Program-made: the position numbers and the translations under genes | Sequence record: SRR20825019_1579 | Length of the DNA stretch: 39,954 nucleotides | Reading direction: 5' to 3' (one strand) | Shown: in pieces, positions 8,193 through 17,373 of the stretch | Layout: every line of letters starts with the position of its first letter | Numbering within the stretch: position 1 is the first letter of the stretch | The notes under the pieces: model-generated | The model's database searches: none | Seen by the model: the letters and a program-made list of their open reading frames with translations, nothing else | Told to the model about the DNA's origin: nothing

Positions 8193-9437
8193 TTACTCGT
8201 ACCTAAGAGACTCAATAGGATCTTGTTTAGATGCTTTTAAAGCTGGATAACTACCAGAAACTACTGCAATTAAAAAGGTAATACCTGTTGCCCACAAAAT
8301 AGCAACCCAAGGCGTTACAAAATCAAACTCTGCAGCAGATGCCACAGCATAACCTATAAGAATACCTAATATAATACCTATTAAACCTCCTAATTGTCCA
8401 ATAATTAAGGTTTCCATAAAAAACTGAGTGGCAATTGTATTACGTTTTGCTCCCAAAGCTTTTCTAACCCCAATTTCTCGAGTACGTTCTGTCACAGAAA
8501 CCAACATAATATTCATAAGTGCTATTGAAGATCCAAAAATTGTGATTATACTAATAATCCAAGCAGCAATATCTAGATACCCTGTAATTGCAAAGATTTG
8601 ATTTAATAAGCTATCACTACGCTCTATCCCAAAGTTATTGTCTTGTACAGGACTAAGACCTCTTATATTTCTAAAGGTTATAGTTGCTTCATCTTGAGCA
8701 CCTTCCATCATTTCTTTATTATCTATTTTCACGCTCATCTCATAGTTTATATTTGGCGCAGTAAAAATAGAACGTGCATTTTGGATAGGTATAAGTACCC
8801 TTAAGTCTTGATTGTTCCCAAACGTAGAGCCTTTTTCTTCTAAAATTCCTATTACCTTAAATTTTACACCTCTTATACTAATTGTTTTATCAATAGGATT
8901 TATGTCTTTAAATAGAACTTCATAAAAATCAGCTCCTAGAATACAAACGTTGTTATTGTTTTCAATATCGAAGACTGTAAAATTTCTGCCTTTTTCTAAT
9001 TTAAGGCCAGAATTGTCTAAAAAGTATTCGTTTACACCTAATACTCTAACTTCTGGATCTGTTTTTTCGGTTTCAAATCTTACTTCGGCACTTGCTGTTC
9101 CTGTAAATGAAATTGAAGTTTGAGAAAAGGGATATTCAAATTTCTCTTTAAATTCTTTTACTTCATTATAACTTAAAATAGGATTTACCTTTTGGCGTTC
9201 ACCAGGACGACCACCCATTTGTATATTAAATTCGTATTGTCTTATATTAAACGTATTGGCTCCCATTGCAGAAAAATCGCCACTTATCGTATTTTCAAGG
9301 GCAGAAACTGCACTTAGTATTCCTACAAGAGCTGTAATACCAATTGCAATAATCATTACCGTTAAAATGGTTCTAAGTAATTGGCTTTTAATACTATCAA
9401 AAGCTATTCGTACATTTTCCTTAAAGAGTCCAAACAT
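8193..9437 (-). CDS. ABC transporter permease, MacB/FtsX family
   Basis: LRTILTVMIIAIGI, MNIMLVSVTERTREIGVRKALGA, YPALKASKQDPIESLRYE. Confidence 0.95.
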   Translation of the reverse strand: MFGLFKENVRIAFDSIKSQLLRTILTVMIIAIGITALVGILSAVSALENTISGDFSAMGANTFNIRQYEFNIQMGGRPGERQKVNPILSYNEVKEFKEKFEYPFSQTSISFTGTASAEVRFETEKTDPEVRVLGVNEYFLDNSGLKLEKGRNFTVFDIENNNNVCILGADFYEVLFKDINPIDKTISIRGVKFKVIGILEEKGSTFGNNQDLRVLIPIQNARSIFTAPNINYEMSVKIDNKEMMEGAQDEATITFRNIRGLSPVQDNNFGIERSDSLLNQIFAITGYLDIAAWIISIITIFGSSIALMNIMLVSVTERTREIGVRKALGAKRNTIATQFFMETLIIGQLGGLIGIILGILIGYAVASAAEFDFVTPWVAILWATGITFLIAVVSGSYPALKASKQDPIESLRYE

Positions 9438-9521
9438 AAGTTTACGGTTCTACTAAATAAAATTCACTCATAAGACGCCATACCAATGATAAAGTTACTT
9501 AAATTTTGAAGTTTCTTTAAG

Positions 9522-9529
9522 TATCTTTG
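9522..9529 (+). promoter_or_regulatory. -7 element (TATCTTTG) for the hisS operon
   Basis: Exact TAnnTTTG, 15 nt upstream of ATG 9545. Confidence 0.65.
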
Positions 9530-9544
9530 CGCTTTCAAATAATT

Positions 9545-10915
9545 ATGGCACAGAAACCAAGCATACCAAAAGGCACAAGAGACTTCTCTCCTATTGAAGT
9601 TTCAAAGAGAAATTACATTGTAGATACTATAAAATCTAAGTTTCAAAATTTCGGTTTTCAACCTATTGAAACTCCAAGTTTTGAAAATAGCGCAACCCTT
9701 ATGGGAAAATATGGAGATGAAGGCGATCGTCTTATTTTCAAAATATTAAACAGCGGAGATTTTCTTAAAAAAGTAGATGATACTACATATGCTGAAAAAG
9801 ACAGTGTTGTAATGACTCCTAAAATTTCAGAAAAAGCACTTCGCTATGATTTAACTGTACCCTTTGCTAGGTATGTTGTACAACATCAAAATGAAATAGA
9901 CTTTCCGTTTAAACGCTACCAGATACAACCAGTGTGGCGAGCAGACAGACCACAAAAAGGACGATTTAGAGAGTTTTACCAATGTGATGCAGATGTTGTT
10001 GGTAGTAAAAGTTTATTTCAAGAAGTAGATTTTATTCAACTTTATGACAGTGTTTTTACTGCGTTAAATCTTGATGGTACAACGATAAAGATGAACAACA
10101 GGAAGGTGCTAAGCGGTTTTGCTGAAGTTATTGGAGCTAGCGATAAACTTATAGACTTTACTGTAGCGTTAGATAAATTAGATAAGATTGGTGAGGAAAA
10201 AGTAAAAGAAGAAATGCTTACTAAAGGTATTTCTGAAGAAGCTATTTCTAAAATTCAACCCATATTTAATGTTTCTGGAAGTTTTTCAGATAAAATTGAA
10301 ACGGTAAAAAGTATCATTGAATCTTCAGAAATAGGAATGGAAGGCATAAAGGAGTTAGAGTTTATACAAGAAGCCATTTCCCAACTACCATTACAAACTG
10401 CAACTTTAGATTTAGATATAACTTTAGCGCGTGGCCTAAACTACTATACAGGTGCTATTTTTGAGGTTAGTGCACCAGAAGGTGTAAGTATGGGAAGTAT
10501 TGGTGGTGGTGGCCGTTACGATGATCTTACAGGTATCTTTGGCCTTAAAGATATGAGTGGTGTTGGTATCTCCTTTGGTTTAGATAGAATTTACCTTGTT
10601 TTAGAAGAACTTAATAAATTTCCTGATACCGTTTCTGAAAATACAAAGGTCCTTTTTGTTAACTTTGGAGAAACAGAGGCATTATATGCTATGCAAGCTA
10701 TTAAGAAATTAAGAGCTAACGGTGTATCTGCAGAATTATATCCAGACAAGAAAAAAATGGGTAAACAGTTTGATTATGCTAACAAAAGAAATATACCATT
10801 TGTTGTAGTTGCTGGAGAAACCGAAATAGCAAATGATTTGTTAGCCTTAAAATCTATGAAAACTGGTGAGCAAGAAGATGTCTCTTTACAAACATTGATT
10901 ACTAAAATGAGTTAA
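9545..10915 (+). CDS. hisS: Histidine--tRNA ligase
   Basis: PKGTRDF, LRYDLTVPFARY, RGLNYYTG, GGGRYD. Start set at ATG 9545 because the track's TTG is inside the promoter element. Confidence 0.98.
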   Translation: MAQKPSIPKGTRDFSPIEVSKRNYIVDTIKSKFQNFGFQPIETPSFENSATLMGKYGDEGDRLIFKILNSGDFLKKVDDTTYAEKDSVVMTPKISEKALRYDLTVPFARYVVQHQNEIDFPFKRYQIQPVWRADRPQKGRFREFYQCDADVVGSKSLFQEVDFIQLYDSVFTALNLDGTTIKMNNRKVLSGFAEVIGASDKLIDFTVALDKLDKIGEEKVKEEMLTKGISEEAISKIQPIFNVSGSFSDKIETVKSIIESSEIGMEGIKELEFIQEAISQLPLQTATLDLDITLARGLNYYTGAIFEVSAPEGVSMGSIGGGGRYDDLTGIFGLKDMSGVGISFGLDRIYLVLEELNKFPDTVSENTKVLFVNFGETEALYAMQAIKKLRANGVSAELYPDKKKMGKQFDYANKRNIPFVVVAGETEIANDLLALKSMKTGEQEDVSLQTLITKMS

Positions 10916-10916
10916 T

Positions 10917-11429
10917 ATGAAACATTTCCTTTTACTTACTGTAATATCATTACTATTTTGGTCTTGCCAGGAGCAAAAGGATTTTAGCACTGTAGATCCT
11001 GTAAACTGGAAAAAGAGAGCTATAAAAGATGTTTCTGTACTAGACAGTTTAGAGCAAGGTACAACCTACCTTTCTGTGTATTCTGAAATTTATAGTTTAT
11101 CTGAACATAGAACACATGATTTAACTGCTACAATAAGTTTAAGAAATACACATAGGAGTGACTCTGTCTTTCTTACTAAGGCAGAATATTTTAATACAGA
11201 AGGCGATTTAATACGTACCTATTTTACAGATCCTATTTATTTGAAACCAATGGAAACTGTAGAAATTGTTATAGATGAAATAGATAAAGAAGGCGGCACT
11301 GGAGGTAATTTCATTTTTGATTGGGTTGTACAACCTAACTCTTCCGAACCATTGTTTGAAGCTGTTATGATTTCTACTTCAGGACAACAAGGACTTTCAT
11401 TTACTACTGTTGGTAAACGTTTAAAATAA
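10917..11429 (+). CDS. DUF3124-like lipoprotein
   Basis: Lipoprotein signal (LFWSC), YLSVYSEIY, ATISLRNT, GGTGGNFIFDW, PLFEAVMI. Confidence 0.8.
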   Translation: MKHFLLLTVISLLFWSCQEQKDFSTVDPVNWKKRAIKDVSVLDSLEQGTTYLSVYSEIYSLSEHRTHDLTATISLRNTHRSDSVFLTKAEYFNTEGDLIRTYFTDPIYLKPMETVEIVIDEIDKEGGTGGNFIFDWVVQPNSSEPLFEAVMISTSGQQGLSFTTVGKRLK

Positions 11430-11435
11430 ATTATT

Positions 11436-11573
11436 ATGAAAAAATTACTAAGAGCACTTGTTGCATTTTGGGGTGCTAAGAAAATTGGTGGCGGCCGTTG
11501 TGGCTGTATTGGTACTATTGTAGTTTTTCTAATCTTATATTGGCTGCTAGGTTACGTTTTCGAAGCATTTTAA
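11436..11573 (+). CDS. Small membrane protein (45 aa), unknown function
   Basis: Below the ORF-track cutoff: MKKLLRALVAFWGAKKIGGGRCGCIGTIVVFLILYWLLGYVFEAF. It fills the gap between flanking genes and has an A-rich initiation region and one hydrophobic helix. Confidence 0.75.
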   Translation: MKKLLRALVAFWGAKKIGGGRCGCIGTIVVFLILYWLLGYVFEAF

Positions 11574-11586
11574 ACAATTCTTTTCT

Positions 11587-12435
11587 CTGCATCCTAATAA
11601 TATACATAACGGCGACTATAATTTTACTGCTTTAATTAGCACTCATAAACCGCTACAAGACTTTGTTTTTAAAAACTCGTATGGAAATCTTAGTGTTGAT
11701 TTTTCTAATCCCGACGCTGTTTATCATCTAAATAAAGCGTTATTAAAACACCATTATAATCTTACAGATTGGGATATTCCCAAACAATTTTTATGTCCTC
11801 CAATTCCTGGTCGTGCAGATTATATTCATCACATTTCAGACCTTATAGATCAAAAACAACAAGTTAAGGGAATAGACATTGGCGTTGGTGCAAATTGCAT
11901 TTATCCAATTTTAGGTACTCAAATATACAATTGGGATATGGTTGGTTCTGATATTAACAAAAACTCTGTATTACAAGCAATTAAAAATGTTAATTACACA
12001 AAAGGTTTAAGTGAAAAAATTTCAATAAAGCATCAAGAAAACAATGCTAATATTTTTGAAGGCATTATAAAAGAAAATGATCGCTTTACATTTACTATGT
12101 GCAATCCACCATTTTATACCTCAGAAAAAGATGCAGAGCGTGAGGCTTTAAAAAAGCTTAAAAACTTAAACGACACAACAGAGTTAAAGCTAAATTTTGG
12201 TGGACAATCTCACGAGCTTTGGTGTAATGGTGGCGAAGCTCTATTCATTAAACGTATGATTAAGCAAAGTGTGGCTTTTAAAGAAAATGTCACTTGGTTT
12301 ACAACGTTAGTCTCCAGAAAAGAAAACTTGCCTAAACTTGAAAAGCAGCTTAAGAAACTAAAAGCTTCTGTAAAAGTTATAGAAATGAGTCAAGGTCACA
12401 AAAAAAGTAGAATCTTAGCTTGGCAATTTTCTTAG
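11587..12435 (+). CDS. rlmF: 23S rRNA m6A1618 methyltransferase RlmF (CTG start inferred)
   Basis: The frame is open 117 codons upstream of the track's ATG 11938 and encodes (L)HPNNIH, LNKALL, LCPPIPGRADYIH and DIGVGANCIYPILG; downstream are TMCNPPFY, LNFGGQ, ELWCNGGE and MSQG. Confidence 0.92.
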   Translation: MHPNNIHNGDYNFTALISTHKPLQDFVFKNSYGNLSVDFSNPDAVYHLNKALLKHHYNLTDWDIPKQFLCPPIPGRADYIHHISDLIDQKQQVKGIDIGVGANCIYPILGTQIYNWDMVGSDINKNSVLQAIKNVNYTKGLSEKISIKHQENNANIFEGIIKENDRFTFTMCNPPFYTSEKDAEREALKKLKNLNDTTELKLNFGGQSHELWCNGGEALFIKRMIKQSVAFKENVTWFTTLVSRKENLPKLEKQLKKLKASVKVIEMSQGHKKSRILAWQFS

Positions 12436-12437
12436 TT

Positions 12438-13025
12438 ATGAATGCTGAAAACTCTACACACAAACATTTTAAACTTTATAAACCAGACGGTTATCTCAGT
12501 CAGTTTATAAATAACAGCAAGAAACGCCGAAACAAAAAACTATTAGGTGAATTATATAATTTTCCTAAAGGCACTATGAGTATTGGTAGGTTAGACGAAA
12601 TGTCTGAAGGTTTACTCCTATTAACTACAGATGGTAAAGTGAGTGCCGCTGTTACAAGCTCTAAGTACGAGAAAGAATACATTGTACAAGTTAGTGGTGA
12701 CATTACAGAAGGTGCTATAAATGAAATGCGTAACGGACTTACTATTCCTATTAATGGTAAGCAATATGATACAAAGCCGTGTACCGCATTTAAACTAAAT
12801 AAAACACCTCAATTTCCTGAACGTCAAAAAGCAATACGAAGCTCTAGACACGGCGAAACTAGCTGGTTATCTATTTCAATTCGCGAAGGAAAATTTAGAC
12901 AGGTTCGAAAAATGACTGCAAAAGTTGGCTTTCCTACATTACGATTAGTACGTATACGTATTGGCAACTACCATTTAGAAGACATGCAACCAGGACAGGT
13001 TGCTCCTATTAACATTTCACAATAG
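12438..13025 (+). CDS. rRNA pseudouridine synthase, RsuA/RluE family
   Basis: YKPDGYLSQF, GRLDEMSEGLLLLT, EGKFRQVRKMTA, TLRLVR; ATG 12438 preferred over the overlapping TTG. Confidence 0.92.
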   Translation: MNAENSTHKHFKLYKPDGYLSQFINNSKKRRNKKLLGELYNFPKGTMSIGRLDEMSEGLLLLTTDGKVSAAVTSSKYEKEYIVQVSGDITEGAINEMRNGLTIPINGKQYDTKPCTAFKLNKTPQFPERQKAIRSSRHGETSWLSISIREGKFRQVRKMTAKVGFPTLRLVRIRIGNYHLEDMQPGQVAPINISQ

Positions 13026-13066
13026 ATATAAAACCAGTATCTTTAGGATAAACCTAAAGTAACACT

Positions 13067-13777
13067 ATGTCTAAGCCAGATTTTTCTTCTCTTAAAGCAC
13101 TTTATTTAAACTGTACATTAAAAAAATCTCCAAGAAAAAGTCATACAAAGGGCTTAATAGATGTTTCTATGAATATCATGAAGTCTGAAGGCGTTACAGT
13201 AAACTATCATCGTGTAGTAGATTATGATATTGCATATGGTGTTTATCCAGACATGACAGAACATGGTTATGATACAGATGATTGGCCAAAATTATATAAA
13301 GATATTATGGATGCTGATATCTTAATTATTGGTACACCTATCTGGTTGGGAGAAAAGTCTTCTGTTGCTACTAAACTTATTGAACGTTTATACGGTATGA
13401 GTGGCAAAACTAATAATAAAGGTCAATACGTGTTTTACGGCAAGGTTGGCGGTTGTATTATAACAGGTAATGAAGATGGCGTAAAACACTGTGCTATGGG
13501 ATTATTATATGCAATGCAACATATAGGTTACAGCATACCACCGCAAGCAGACGCAGGATGGATTGGTGAAGTTGGTCCTGGACCAAGTTATTTAGATGAG
13601 GAATCAGATGCTAAAAACAATGAATTTACTAATAGAAATACTACATTTTTGACGTACAACCTCTTACATCTAGCCAAAGTAATGAAAGAAAATAACGGTT
13701 ATCCAAAATATGGTAATTCAAGAGAAGATTGGGATAATGGCTCTAGGTGGAATTTTGAAAACCCAGAATATAGATAA
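13067..13777 (+). CDS. Flavodoxin-fold NAD(P)H-dependent oxidoreductase
   Basis: LNCTLKKSP, ADILIIGTPIWLG, GKVGGCIITGNEDG. Confidence 0.85.
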   Translation: MSKPDFSSLKALYLNCTLKKSPRKSHTKGLIDVSMNIMKSEGVTVNYHRVVDYDIAYGVYPDMTEHGYDTDDWPKLYKDIMDADILIIGTPIWLGEKSSVATKLIERLYGMSGKTNNKGQYVFYGKVGGCIITGNEDGVKHCAMGLLYAMQHIGYSIPPQADAGWIGEVGPGPSYLDEESDAKNNEFTNRNTTFLTYNLLHLAKVMKENNGYPKYGNSREDWDNGSRWNFENPEYR

Positions 13778-13814
13778 TGCTAAGTCAATAATGCTTCTAT
13801 CTATAAATTAGAAC

Positions 13815-13848
13815 AAAAAAAAACGAGAGCCATTTTAGCTCTCGTTTT
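13815..13848. terminator. Bidirectional intrinsic terminator
   Basis: AAAACGAGAGC-catttta-GCTCTCGTTTT between convergent genes. Confidence 0.85.
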
Positions 13849-13868
13849 AGTTTTATAAAATGTAGGGC

Positions 13869-14438
13869 TTATAAAAACTCTACTTCTCCAGATCCTAAAT
13901 TATAATATGCAGGAACTACTTTTAATTTTCCGCTATCAATTGCACCTTTAATGATTGAGCTACGGCTAGCTAATTCATCTACAGTAAGCTTTGCATTTGT
14001 TTTCACTACTTCATTAACTTCTGCATTATCATCAGACTTTGCTAACGCTGGAGAAATGTGTGATAATAAATGATTTAAGTTATAACCGTTATCTCCACCA
14101 TTTACAGCAGCAGTTACAGCACCACAACTCTCGTGTCCTAAAACAACAATTACAGGTGTTCCAATATTAGCTACAGCATATTCTATACTAGCAATAGAAG
14201 ATGTGTTTGCTACATTACCAGCCACACGCACAACAAATAGCTCTCCTAGACCAGCATCAAAAGCTAATTCTGGCACTACTCTACTATCTGCGCAACTTAA
14301 TACAATTGCGTAAGGTTCTTGACCTCCAGTTAAATCGCCACGGCGACTTTTATCTTGCAGCTTTCTATCAAGCTTATCTTCTGTGTATCTTTTATTCCCT
14401 TCTTTTAAGCGTTCTAAAACGCTGTCTATAGTCATCAT
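13869..14438 (-). CDS. Beta-class carbonic anhydrase
   Basis: CADSRV and GHESCGAV zinc ligands, LFVVRVAGN. Confidence 0.95.
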   Translation of the reverse strand: MMTIDSVLERLKEGNKRYTEDKLDRKLQDKSRRGDLTGGQEPYAIVLSCADSRVVPELAFDAGLGELFVVRVAGNVANTSSIASIEYAVANIGTPVIVVLGHESCGAVTAAVNGGDNGYNLNHLLSHISPALAKSDDNAEVNEVVKTNAKLTVDELASRSSIIKGAIDSGKLKVVPAYYNLGSGEVEFL

Positions 14439-14537
14439 AAGTTTTTATTTTAAAGTATAAATTTCGGAATTATAGATGTAATTTCAAATTAATCTATATT
14501 AGAATTTTATACAAATGTGCATTTCTATTTATTCTAT

Positions 14538-14568
14538 AAAAAAAGGGAACATTTCTGTTCCCTTTTTT
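14538..14568 (-). terminator. Intrinsic terminator after the PfpI-family gene
   Basis: AAAAAAGGGAACA-tttc-TGTTCCCTTTTTT. Confidence 0.85.
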
Positions 14569-14584
14569 AAAAATTATTTGATAA

Positions 14585-15133
14585 TTAAGCGTGTTGTAAC
14601 TCGTGCTTACCTTCTTTTACCTCTTCAATTAATTTAGCATTAAATGCTGGTAAATCATCAGGATTTCTACTAGTTACAAAACCTTCATCTACTACAACCT
14701 CTTCATCTACCCAGTTTGCTCCTGCATTTACTAGGTCTGTTTTAATAGAGTTGAATGATGTTAACTTACGGCCTTTAACCACATCTGCTTCAATTAATAA
14801 TTGAGGTGCGTGGCATATGGCTGCTACTGGTTTACTTTGCTTAAAGAAATCTTTAATAAAGCTTATAGCCTTATCATCTCTTCGTAAAATATCTGGGTTA
14901 ATTACACCACCAGGTAACATTAAAGCATTATAATCACTAGCTGAAACATTATCCAATGTTTTGTCTACTGTATATTCGTTAGACCAATTTCCATTATCCC
15001 AAGCTTTTATCTTTCCAGATTCTTGACTTACAATATCTACTGTAAATCCTTCATTCTTCATAGCTTCTAAAGGTGACTTTAACTCACTTTCTTCAAATCC
15101 ATTTGTTGCTAATATTGCGACTCTCTTATTCAT
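14585..15133 (-). CDS. PfpI/DJ-1 family protein (type 1 glutamine amidotransferase-like)
   Basis: VAILATNGFEESE, LPGGVINPD, AAICHAP, TSRNPDDLPAF. Second ATG (15133) preferred; TATATTTG promoter at 15169-15176. Confidence 0.93.
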   Translation of the reverse strand: MNKRVAILATNGFEESELKSPLEAMKNEGFTVDIVSQESGKIKAWDNGNWSNEYTVDKTLDNVSASDYNALMLPGGVINPDILRRDDKAISFIKDFFKQSKPVAAICHAPQLLIEADVVKGRKLTSFNSIKTDLVNAGANWVDEEVVVDEGFVTSRNPDDLPAFNAKLIEEVKEGKHELQHA

Positions 15134-15241
15134 CTTCTTATTATTTTGATTAGTAATTAAATTCATCTCAAATATAAGCAGATGTTAAGGCTAAGCGGGT
15201 TAATGTTTTGTGAAGCTTATGTTTAAGTTTGTTAAACAATG

Positions 15242-16213
15242 TTACGAGTCTACACCGTTTTCCAGCTTTTTAAAATCTTCATGATCTTCTTCTGCTTGTT
15301 TTTTTTTAAGCTCTAGCTCTTGTAGTTCTTGCTCTAAAGCAGATTCTCCTTGTTCATTTGGCTCTACTTTTTCATTTTTATAAAGGGCATACTCTACAGT
15401 AAAACACGCTCCAAAGAATACTATGAGACACGTGTAGTACACCCAAAGCAGTATAAGCACCACAGAAGAGGCGCCACCATAAACAGATGCAGGCTCACTA
15501 TGTCCAAAATAAAATCCTAATAAATATTCACCTATTAAAAACAAAAGTGTTGTTACAGATGCTCCTAATAAGGTAACTCTCCATTTAAGTTTTACGTCTG
15601 GTAAGATTTTAAAGATACTTGCAAATAATGCCGTTATAAATATATAAGAGAATAGGAAATTACCAATATCTAAGGCAATTGCTGTAATGTTTGGTGCAAT
15701 TTGCTCTACATATTCACTTATAGCACCTATGGTTGCAGAAATCACTAAGGAAACAAGTAGCATAAGACCCACAACTAGGATCATCCCAAATGAGATTACA
15801 CGATCTATAACCATTCTTAAAATGGTTTGATCTTTCTCCTTTACATTCCATATAAAATTCATAGTACGTTTTAATTGAAAAAACGCACCTGTTGCTCCAA
15901 AGAGTAGCGCACCAACACCAAATACGACTGTAAATGCAGAACTGTCATTAAGCGCGGCATTAGCAATCATACCTTCTATAGCTTCTGCGGCGCCATCTCC
16001 AATAAGGCTTCCTATTTCTGAAGTAATCCTACCTTGAACAGCATCTCTACCGAAAAACTTTCCGGCAATGGTTACCACAATCATTAATAAAGAAGGCAAT
16101 GAGAATAAGGTGTAGTAAGCAATAATTGCACTTTTAGCAAAAGGGTCTATATTATCCCAACGCTTGTAAGTAGACTTTATAAGACTTAAAAATGTTTTAA
16201 TATTTACTGTCAT
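15242..16213 (-). CDS. YihY/BrkB family inner-membrane protein
   Basis: AIIAYYTLFSLP, SVYGGASSVVLILLWVYY, multiple TM helices. Confidence 0.92.
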   Translation of the reverse strand: MTVNIKTFLSLIKSTYKRWDNIDPFAKSAIIAYYTLFSLPSLLMIVVTIAGKFFGRDAVQGRITSEIGSLIGDGAAEAIEGMIANAALNDSSAFTVVFGVGALLFGATGAFFQLKRTMNFIWNVKEKDQTILRMVIDRVISFGMILVVGLMLLVSLVISATIGAISEYVEQIAPNITAIALDIGNFLFSYIFITALFASIFKILPDVKLKWRVTLLGASVTTLLFLIGEYLLGFYFGHSEPASVYGGASSVVLILLWVYYTCLIVFFGACFTVEYALYKNEKVEPNEQGESALEQELQELELKKKQAEEDHEDFKKLENGVDS

Positions 16214-16728
16214 TACAAGTATCGTTCTTTTATAACTTCAATATGATGCTTTTCATGTCCTATCATAATAGCAGCAATGGCTCTAGCTGTCATAGCACTA
16301 CCGTTTGCCGTACCTTTAAAAGAAAAAACATCTTCTTCTAAACTCTGAAACAAAACTAAAGAATGTTGCCGCTCAACATCATACTCCTTAATAAGTTGTG
16401 GCATAGATTTATTGTTGGCTCTTGATGGATTTATATAATCATTATGTTCAAAGCCAATTAAAGGCGTCGCATCCATACGGGCAAAACGTAATGCTCGGTA
16501 ATAAAATATACGTTCTGTATCTATAATATGTTGCAGAATTTCGAGAGGAGTCCATTTGCCATCAGCATAACGGTATAGGTATTTAGACTCGTCAAGTGAT
16601 TTGAAGAATTTAGTTGTAATCTCTTGTCTTTTATATAATAGCTCTAATAAATCTCCATCTCCAACTTTATTTATATAAGTTTTATAATATGGGTTATACT
16701 CATCTGGCTGTATGTCTTGAACTGTCAT
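16213..16728 (-). CDS. DinB family protein
   Basis: YADGKWTPLEILQHIIDTERIF, GHEKHH. Confidence 0.88.
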   Translation of the reverse strand: MTVQDIQPDEYNPYYKTYINKVGDGDLLELLYKRQEITTKFFKSLDESKYLYRYADGKWTPLEILQHIIDTERIFYYRALRFARMDATPLIGFEHNDYINPSRANNKSMPQLIKEYDVERQHSLVLFQSLEEDVFSFKGTANGSAMTARAIAAIMIGHEKHHIEVIKERYL

Positions 16729-16757
16729 TTTCTAACTTTTTAGCTACTAAATTAACT

Positions 16758-16790
16758 AAAAAACCCCCAACATTACTGTTAGGGGTTTTT
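16758..16790 (-). terminator. Intrinsic terminator after the Lrp/AsnC gene
   Basis: AAAAACCCCcAACA-ttac-TGTTaGGGGTTTTT. Confidence 0.8.
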
Positions 16791-16815
16791 ATAATTAGTA
16801 ATTACTACCAAATCA

Positions 16816-17298
16816 TTATTCTTGATGTTGAAAAATGCTATGCATTAAACGTTTTTTGTCGTTTAAGCTTTCCTCTAGAGAAATCATAGTCTCTGTTCTG
16901 TAAACACCTTCGATATCGTCTAATTGATAAATAACATCTTTTGCGTGATTAGTATTCTTAGCACGTATCTTACAGAAGATATTAAACTTTCCTGTAGTTA
17001 CGTGAGCAACTGTAACAAATGGAATTTGGTTTATGCGCTCCATAACAAACTTAGTTTGAGATGTGTTCTGTAAAAAGACACCAACATAAGCAATAAAAGC
17101 ATAGCCTAATTTCTCATAGTCCAATGTTAAAGATGAACCAATAATGATACCAGCTTCTTCCATTTTCTTTACACGCACGTGTACCGTTCCAGCAGATATT
17201 AAAAGTTTCTTTGCTATATCTGTAAACGGCGTTCTTGTGTTTTCAATCAGCATATCAAGTATCTGACGATCAATATCATCTAATTTGAACTTTGCCAT
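16816..17298 (-). CDS. Lrp/AsnC family transcriptional regulator
   Basis: LDDIDRQIL, TVHVRVKKMEEAGII, TTGKFNI; TAAATTTG promoter at 17334-17341. Confidence 0.95.
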   Translation of the reverse strand: MAKFKLDDIDRQILDMLIENTRTPFTDIAKKLLISAGTVHVRVKKMEEAGIIIGSSLTLDYEKLGYAFIAYVGVFLQNTSQTKFVMERINQIPFVTVAHVTTGKFNIFCKIRAKNTNHAKDVIYQLDDIEGVYRTETMISLEESLNDKKRLMHSIFQHQE

Positions 17299-17373
17299 AA
17301 TTATTTATTTTCTGATTAATTGTGATTAGCCGGCAAATTTAATGAATAATTCGCAATAGAACTTATAAAAGCA

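Noticed and set aside
11938-12435. rlmF as a truncated 165-aa gene or frameshifted pseudogene
   Set aside because: The frame is continuous upstream to 11551 with all conserved motifs intact; only the start codon is atypical.
15299-15307. A9 tract in the YihY-family gene as a phase-variation site
   Set aside because: It encodes Lys residues near the C-terminus, and such tracts are common at this AT content.
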